Shown here piece by piece: positions 30,897-36,278 of a DNA stretch of 36,278 nucleotides. A model generated the notes under the pieces. The model was not told the origin of the DNA, ran no database searches, and saw only the letters and a program-made list of their open reading frames with translations. Within the stretch, counting starts at the first letter, position 1. Each line of letters starts with the position of its first letter. Source of the DNA: a virus; IMG/VR virus record IMGVR_UViG_3300006162_000032. One strand, 5' to 3'. A program made the translations under genes and the position numbers.

Positions 30897-30937
30897 GGGC
30901 CAAATAAAAATCAATATTAAATCAAGGAGAAACAACA

Positions 30938-31204
30938 TTGAGTCAAGCTCTGGCAATGAAGCGTATTAAAGAAACCCGCGGGGCCGAGTGGCCTCCGCGT
31001 CTTTTTGAAACAAAGGTCGAGGCGATGTTGCGTAAGAAACTCGGCGTCGATTATTCCGTCAACAATATATCGCACTACCTTGACGTGACTCCGGTCACGA
31101 TGCGAAAGATTCTAAAAGGTTGTACCATCTCCCTGGAAAATGCAATGAAACTGGCCGAGTTGTTGGGTAAGGATATTAAGGAAATATGGAAACTAAAAAA
31201 ATAG
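30938..31204 (+). CDS. XRE/Cro-type helix-turn-helix regulator-like protein
   Basis: ISHYLDVTPVTMRKILKGCTISLENAMKLAELLG HTH-like; AAGGAGAAACAACA-TTG (or ATG at 30956). Confidence 0.5.
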   Translation: MSQALAMKRIKETRGAEWPPRLFETKVEAMLRKKLGVDYSVNNISHYLDVTPVTMRKILKGCTISLENAMKLAELLGKDIKEIWKLKK

Positions 31205-31380
31205 TCTGGACTCACTCGATTTGTCGGAAATGTTATTTTGATTTGTACCCCGGTAAAGTTCCGGTTCTGACAAATGCCGAACCCGAGGTATGTTGTTTTT
31301 GCGCCGACCGGCATCAAAGTGGTATCTATACTCGGATGAATCCGGAAGACTCACGCCTTGTTTGCCGGGGGTTGCATTAA
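31186..31380 (+). CDS. Cys-rich small protein (CRKC ... CCFCADRH)
   Basis: overlaps upstream gene end. Confidence 0.4.
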   Translation: METKKIVWTHSICRKCYFDLYPGKVPVLTNAEPEVCCFCADRHQSGIYTRMNPEDSRLVCRGLH

Positions 31381-31383
31381 ATA

Positions 31384-32907
31384 ATGATCACAATTGACCC
31401 ATCTCGTTTTAACTTGAAACCGTTTAAGCACCAGTTGGTTGGAACCTCGGCCCTGGTGCGACACCCCTATTTTGCCTTATTCGACGAGATGGGCGTTGGT
31501 AAAACGAAACAGACCATCGACGCCGCCTGCGTACTTTTTGATAACTCTGAGATTGACACCGTGGTCATCGCCTGTCCTGCCCAGGTGAAAACCGTGTGGC
31601 TTGATCCCGATCTGGGAGAAATCCAGAAACATGCCTGGGTAGAGTCGGTTGTTCATCACTTTCACGGAAAGACTCGGGACCTGAGATTCGGCCGGGGACT
31701 CATTTGGATTGTGGTCTCTTACGAATTGATTCGACAGGACCCGCCCCTGAACATACTTGTCAAATTATTGCGTGGACGGGAAACGATGTTGGTCATGGAC
31801 GAATCTATTTTTTTGAAGAGTCCCAAGGCCAGTCAGACTAAACAAACATATGAATTGTCTCTTCATTGCAAGCGGCGTTATCTTTTGAATGGCACCCCCA
31901 TCGGAAATAACCTTCTCGATTTGTACTGCCAGTTTAAGATGTTGAGTCCCGAGATTCTGCAATGTAAGTCCTACTTTCATTTTCGGGCACGATATGCCAT
32001 CATGGGAGGGTTCAAGAACAAGCAGATCGTGGGATTCAAAAACGCGGAGGAGGTCAATCGGCTCACGGCGCCCTATGTTCTACGGCGGCTTAAAGAAGAC
32101 TGTTTGGACCTTCCGCCCAAGACTTATTCCCACATGACCGTTGCCCTGACGCCGGAGAACTGGAAAAAGTACAAATCCATGCGGGATGACATGGTGGTGT
32201 GGCTCGGGTCGGATGCGTGTATGGTCCGGCACGCCCCGGTGAAGGCCCTACGCCTTGGGCAGATTACCTCCGGGTTCCTCGGAGGCATCACCGAAATGTC
32301 GCAGGAGGAATGGGCACTCTATGGCATTATGGACGGCGACCCCATCATGCAAGAGACGGGCGAAACCAGAACGGAGGAAATCGGACGTGAAAAGTTGGAT
32401 GGAACTATGGATTGGCTCGAAAGACGATTCGACGAAAACGGTGCTTTCCGCACAATTATCTGGTGCCGATTTAGACCGGAACTTGATCGAATATATGACG
32501 AAATACGCGGGTGCAAAAATATCATGCGAACTGGTGTACACCTTCACAGCATCCGAGGACAACAATCAAAGAGAGAAAGAACTGACGCAGTTCGCGAGGG
32601 TATGGCAGGAACTGGACCCGCGATTATTCTCGGACAGCCACACGCGGGTGGTCTGGGACTCAATCTCACCACCCTTCCAAATGTCATGTATATTTCGAGT
32701 GACTATTCACTCCTCGCTCGCCTCCAGTCCGAAGATCGCGTCCATCGTCCGGGACAAACTCAAAATGTTGGGTACACTGACGTAATTGCCACCGGGCCAG
32801 ATGGACAGAAGACCATCGACCACGCCGTGATTAAGGCCCTTCGCAACAAAGAAAATCTTGCCGACTGGACCACGGATCGTTGGCGGTCGGCCCTATTGGA
32901 GGAATAA
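31384..32907 (+). CDS. SNF2-family DNA-dependent ATPase/helicase
   Basis: motif I DEMGVGKT, II LVMDESIF, III GTPIGNNLLDLY, V GGLGLNL, VI QSEDRVHRPGQTQNV. Confidence 0.85.
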   Translation: MITIDPSRFNLKPFKHQLVGTSALVRHPYFALFDEMGVGKTKQTIDAACVLFDNSEIDTVVIACPAQVKTVWLDPDLGEIQKHAWVESVVHHFHGKTRDLRFGRGLIWIVVSYELIRQDPPLNILVKLLRGRETMLVMDESIFLKSPKASQTKQTYELSLHCKRRYLLNGTPIGNNLLDLYCQFKMLSPEILQCKSYFHFRARYAIMGGFKNKQIVGFKNAEEVNRLTAPYVLRRLKEDCLDLPPKTYSHMTVALTPENWKKYKSMRDDMVVWLGSDACMVRHAPVKALRLGQITSGFLGGITEMSQEEWALYGIMDGDPIMQETGETRTEEIGREKLDGTMDWLERRFDENGAFRTIIWCRFRPELDRIYDEIRGCKNIMRTGVHLHSIRGQQSKRERTDAVREGMAGTGPAIILGQPHAGGLGLNLTTLPNVMYISSDYSLLARLQSEDRVHRPGQTQNVGYTDVIATGPDGQKTIDHAVIKALRNKENLADWTTDRWRSALLEE

Positions 32908-33608
32908 TGAAAATTGGAACCAAAAGCATTCTCTATGGTGCCCACTGTTTTTTCATTCACCCCTGGTTTGTGGCCCGGGCCTGGTATAAACTCTATGGGT
33001 TTCCGTGGGACCCACGGTTATGGGCCTGTTTCTTTTTTCATGATCTTGGTTACATTGGAAAACCTAATATGGACGGGCCGGAGGGCGAGCAACACCCCTA
33101 CCTCGGTGCCCAGATCGTGAGCGCGTTATTCGATGGGTGGGACCCGGAAAAACCCCCGCACTATAAACCATGGTATAATTTCTGTCTCTATCACTCTCGA
33201 TTCCTGGCCAAACAACATTTACAAAATACCTCGACACTCTGTGTCGCCGACAAATATTCGTTTTGTATCACGCCTCGTTGGCTTTATCTTTTTCTGGTAA
33301 ACTTGACCGGCGAGATACACGAATATATGAAATTGGCCAGGGCCTCATTTGAACTGAACTGTTACAGTGACGACGTTAAAGAATGGCATCACAATGTTTG
33401 TATTTATCTTGAGGCCTGGGTCCGGGAACACAAAGACGGCCGGCCGGATACCTGGACCCAAACCGAGGGAAATCACACCGAAGGTTGTACCTGTTCCCGT
33501 TGTGGTCGTTCCCCGGCCGAGGCGGCCGTAAATTTTGCAGCAAAATCCATGGAGGAAAGCAATGCAATCAGAGAAAAAAGTGTTCATAGTGACGAACGAG
33601 TTCATTGA
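32907..33608 (+). CDS. HD-domain-like phosphohydrolase (putative)
   Basis: H (AHCFFIH), HD (FFFHDLGY), H (GEQHPYLG), H (CLYHSRF), D (CVADKYS) spacing; TAATG overlap. Confidence 0.45.
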   Translation: MKIGTKSILYGAHCFFIHPWFVARAWYKLYGFPWDPRLWACFFFHDLGYIGKPNMDGPEGEQHPYLGAQIVSALFDGWDPEKPPHYKPWYNFCLYHSRFLAKQHLQNTSTLCVADKYSFCITPRWLYLFLVNLTGEIHEYMKLARASFELNCYSDDVKEWHHNVCIYLEAWVREHKDGRPDTWTQTEGNHTEGCTCSRCGRSPAEAAVNFAAKSMEESNAIREKSVHSDERVH

Positions 33609-33762
33609 TCCTAAGATCAATTTCAAGTTCGCCGTTCGCGCCCACATCATGGCAGAAAATGAAACCTTGGCCAAAACTATACTTCAAGAGTGGGGATTGG
33701 ACCAAAAGTGGAAAATTGGAACGGGATCAATACAAATTCTTAGTGACCGGGTGATGTCATGA
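33562..33762 (+). CDS. hypothetical protein (66 aa)
   Basis: GGAGGAAAGCA-ATG. Confidence 0.4.
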   Translation: MQSEKKVFIVTNEFIDPKINFKFAVRAHIMAENETLAKTILQEWGLDQKWKIGTGSIQILSDRVMS

Positions 33763-34043
33763 AACAAAAAGAGGCGGTAAATCATCCGGCCCATTATGGT
33801 GGAGATACCACCTACGAAGTCATCAAAGTACTTGATGCCTGGGACTTGGGATTTTGCCTGGGTAACACCGTTAAGTATATTGCCCGGGCCGGCAAAAAAG
33901 GAAGTAGGTTGGAAGACCTTAAAAAGGCCGCCTGGTATCTTGGTCATGAAATCGAGAAGGAGGAACGACATGTTCGATTGGGAAATACTGACCGACAAAA
34001 TGCGGGACGTGTGGTTCGCCTGGCGCGATCGAAAACTGAGTGA
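33759..34043 (+). CDS. DUF3310-family phage protein
   Basis: VNHPAHYGG...E.IKVLDAW...GF.LGNTVKYIARAGKK...DLKKAAWYL motif pattern; ATGA overlap. Confidence 0.55.
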   Translation: MKQKEAVNHPAHYGGDTTYEVIKVLDAWDLGFCLGNTVKYIARAGKKGSRLEDLKKAAWYLGHEIEKEERHVRLGNTDRQNAGRVVRLARSKTE

Positions 34044-34230
34044 TCTTGAAAAAGTGAGACGGGCGCGGACGGCCGTACGACAAGTGGTAGAAGACATGCA
34101 GGACGAACCGGCCGATGCCTTTGTTCATGCGGCCCTGTCGGCTTGTGAGGCCCTGGACCCGATCCTTGGCGAACTAGAAGCAAAAGAGGCAGAAAAGGAG
34201 AGGAATGAAAATAATTCAACCCTACGCTAA
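33970..34230 (+). CDS. hypothetical protein (86 aa)
   Basis: GAGAAGGAGGAACGAC-ATG; overlaps 3' end of DUF3310 gene. Confidence 0.4.
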   Translation: MFDWEILTDKMRDVWFAWRDRKLSDLEKVRRARTAVRQVVEDMQDEPADAFVHAALSACEALDPILGELEAKEAEKERNENNSTLR

Positions 34231-34912
34231 AATCATGGTACTGACCCCGGAGCCACTCCGGCACATCGAGTGGTGTGCCCGGATCAGTCATCGATCGGAG
34301 GATGCTTCGCCTAACACCGAACGGTTTATTAAAACGGTGGTCATGGACCATGGCGATTGGTCAGTGGTAGAACACGTCACCGCCTCGGTGGATGCCGTGA
34401 TGGACCGGGGTATAACCCACGAATGGGTACGGCATCGACTCGCCTCCTATACCCAGGAGAGTACCAGGTTTGTCAATTATGAGAAGAAGATGCCGCCGGC
34501 CTTTATCTACCCCATACCGGGAGTTGATTGCGAATATTGCCGGACGGGAGATGAACCCACCGTATCCGGAATACACCATCGTCCGGGTTTTCCTCTCTGT
34601 CAATACAATCGGGACTGGTTATGGATAATTCAAAACTGTGAAAATATGTATTGCGCGTTACTCAAAAAAGGTTGGCGTCCGCAGGAGGCCCGGAGCGTGT
34701 TTCCCAATGCCCTGGCCTCGCGTATCGTGACCACGGCAAATTTGCGCAGTTGGCGGCATTTCTTTTTGATGCGTACTTCCAAAGAGGCCCATCCGCAAAT
34801 GCGGCAGATCACGATTCCGTTATTGAAAGAATTTCAACAAAGGATTCCACTCTTGTATGACGATATCGTACCCGAGTCCCGGCAGATCGACAATTTGAAG
34901 TTGGGGAGGTGA
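34205..34912 (+). CDS. thyX: flavin-dependent thymidylate synthase
   Basis: ThyX signature RHR-x7-S (RHRLASYTQES); GAAAAGGAGAGGA-ATG. Confidence 0.8.
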   Translation: MKIIQPYAKIMVLTPEPLRHIEWCARISHRSEDASPNTERFIKTVVMDHGDWSVVEHVTASVDAVMDRGITHEWVRHRLASYTQESTRFVNYEKKMPPAFIYPIPGVDCEYCRTGDEPTVSGIHHRPGFPLCQYNRDWLWIIQNCENMYCALLKKGWRPQEARSVFPNALASRIVTTANLRSWRHFFLMRTSKEAHPQMRQITIPLLKEFQQRIPLLYDDIVPESRQIDNLKLGR

Positions 34913-34915
34913 CCA

Positions 34916-35164
34916 GTGATAATTGCCAGAAACGCCACGAAAGGATCGGGCGATCTTCGTACCTATATTTTTCACGTTAATTTTCAATGCTTGGCAGATG
35001 ATGTCGATCAGGCCCTCGACTGTTTCCAAGAAAATTCACATTTGTTTTATAAGCCAAATGAAAAGAAGGACGCAAAACCGGCCGCCCGTACTTGTCCATT
35101 ATTGTCGGTAGAGATTATTACATCCCCAAATGAAAGGGTGGCACCGTGGCAAAATCAAAAATAG
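34916..35164 (+). CDS. hypothetical protein (82 aa), GTG start
   Basis: GGGGAGG + 6 nt + GTG. Confidence 0.4.
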   Translation: MIIARNATKGSGDLRTYIFHVNFQCLADDVDQALDCFQENSHLFYKPNEKKDAKPAARTCPLLSVEIITSPNERVAPWQNQK

Positions 35165-35649
35165 ACAAGAAAAACATGGTACGGTACAGCAACGAACCTA
35201 CCTATCAGGAAAAGGTAGATCGGGCGAAATCAGACCTGCGGGACGAGGGCCTGGCCGACAAGGTAAAGTTGGCCCTGCGCTTTGACGAACTCAGAAAAGA
35301 GGAGGATAAACTCAACGATGATCTGGCGGTAAATGCGGTTATGCAAGAGGCCATTACCCAGATGGTAGTGGACATTCTCGATGATGAGGGTATCACTAAG
35401 TTTACCCTGCCGGACGGCCGGACCTTTTACCAGGAACAGGCCGTATATGTATCGGTACAAGACCGAGAAAGTTTCTATAACTGGCTGAAAACAAATGGAC
35501 TTAACGACGTTTTTACCGTAAATTACCAGACCGCGGCCTCGATCGTTAAAGAACGACTCGAAACCGGTCAGGAAGTTCCGCCGGGCGCCGCGGCCTTCCT
35601 GAAAACAAAGTTGAAGCGCAGAAAAGCAAAAGAGAGTCAAGGAGAGTAA
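35146..35649 (+). CDS. hypothetical protein (167 aa)
   Basis: ORF-track start GTG 35146 with AAAGGGTGG upstream. Confidence 0.45.
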   Translation: MAKSKIDKKNMVRYSNEPTYQEKVDRAKSDLRDEGLADKVKLALRFDELRKEEDKLNDDLAVNAVMQEAITQMVVDILDDEGITKFTLPDGRTFYQEQAVYVSVQDRESFYNWLKTNGLNDVFTVNYQTAASIVKERLETGQEVPPGAAAFLKTKLKRRKAKESQGE

Positions 35650-35652
35650 ACA

Positions 35653-36278
35653 ATGGCGAAAGCAACACAAGAAGATAAGGCCCTGGAACAGGTAACCGGA
35701 AAATTGGCCGTTCCAGATTACATCACGGGTCGTGAGGGGACCGAGCAAATTGAGCGCCAGGATGTTACCTATCCGCGGCTTGGTTTGTGCCAGTCTCTTA
35801 CCCCACAAAAGAAGAAATCGGATGCCAACCACATCCCCAACCTCACCGATGGGCAGTTCTTTAACACGATCACCGGAGAAATCTACGGAGAGTCTGTCTT
35901 GGTGGTTCCTATTCTTTTTTCCAAGCAGCGCATCAAGTTTCATCCCATGAGCGAGGGGGGTGGGATCGAGTGCCAATCATTCAATGGAAAAGATGGGGGG
36001 TTCCTTTCTCCCAAATGCGAAGAGTTGGACGGAACGACGGTCTGTGAACATGCCAAATTCTCGGATAACCACCGGCCCACCTGTGACAAATTGCACAATC
36101 GGCCCGCGGCGATCGTAAAACCAATTGACCGTCCGGCCTCCGGGGGTATCTTCTTTTGCGAGGTGGCCGATATTCCGATCATCATCTCGCTCAAATCTAC
36201 CGGTCTGAAAGTGTCGAAACAATGGAATTCCCTGGTAAAGTTAAACCCGAATACCCCCATGTTTGCCCGGGTTTATGA
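35653..36278 (+). CDS. hypothetical Cys-cluster protein, 3'-truncated by window edge
   Basis: AAGGAGAGTAAACA-ATG; open to end of window (208+ aa); C..C...C..C cluster. Confidence 0.5.
   Translation, partial: MAKATQEDKALEQVTGKLAVPDYITGREGTEQIERQDVTYPRLGLCQSLTPQKKKSDANHIPNLTDGQFFNTITGEIYGESVLVVPILFSKQRIKFHPMSEGGGIECQSFNGKDGGFLSPKCEELDGTTVCEHAKFSDNHRPTCDKLHNRPAAIVKPIDRPASGGIFFCEVADIPIIISLKSTGLKVSKQWNSLVKLNPNTPMFARVY

Noticed and set aside
35230-35976. 248-aa minus-strand ORF (and 35940..36260 minus)
   Set aside because: Antisense to + strand genes 35146 and 35653, which have good SD sequences.

Overview
The window looks like a phage-type (or phage-derived) accessory region with every supported gene on the + strand. 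About 75 ORFs are predicted. Most are tiny (35-140 aa; several Zn-ribbon or single-pass membrane proteins) and carry near-identical translation signals (AAGGAGA(G)AAAACA-ATG).

Three layers of conserved non-coding structure dominate 4.4-21.0 kb:
- Family A: about 36 same-orientation copies of an intergenic stem-loop element, A(C/A)GAGGGCC + 6-9 bp GC-rich stem with covarying sequence + GGTAAGT(AC), placed at or overlapping the stop codon of the upstream gene.
- Family B: a recurring three-way-junction 5' leader, ATGGCAA / GAGGGGAAACCUC / variable hairpin / UUGCCAUACC-AGGAGAGGAA-ATG, containing an SD-mimic and anti-SD pair.
- A 1.2-kb ORF-free, hairpin-rich (many GNRA loops) region at 2861-4080, downstream of a sigma70-like promoter guarded by a 16-bp perfect palindrome. 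This is a candidate large structured ncRNA.

Recognisable proteins:
- an orphan HslV-like peptidase, frameshifted;
- a gene interrupted by a 5x 14-bp tandem repeat that switches frame, possibly phase-variable;
- a two-Rossmann flavoprotein;
- a Flp-type pilin;
- an ECF sigma factor with a long C-terminal extension and an in-frame internal SD+ATG;
- paralogous basic H1-like proteins;
- C5-cytosine DNA methyltransferase, RNA-ligase-like nucleotidyltransferase (KMDG) and calcineurin-type metallophosphoesterase;
- a major-vault-protein (MVP) homolog, frameshifted, with two downstream genes;
- an XRE-type HTH protein;
- SNF2 helicase, HD-domain protein, DUF3310 protein, ThyX;
- a 3'-truncated final gene.

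Canonical rho-independent terminators sit at about 4.55, 21.13, 22.42 and 30.88 kb.
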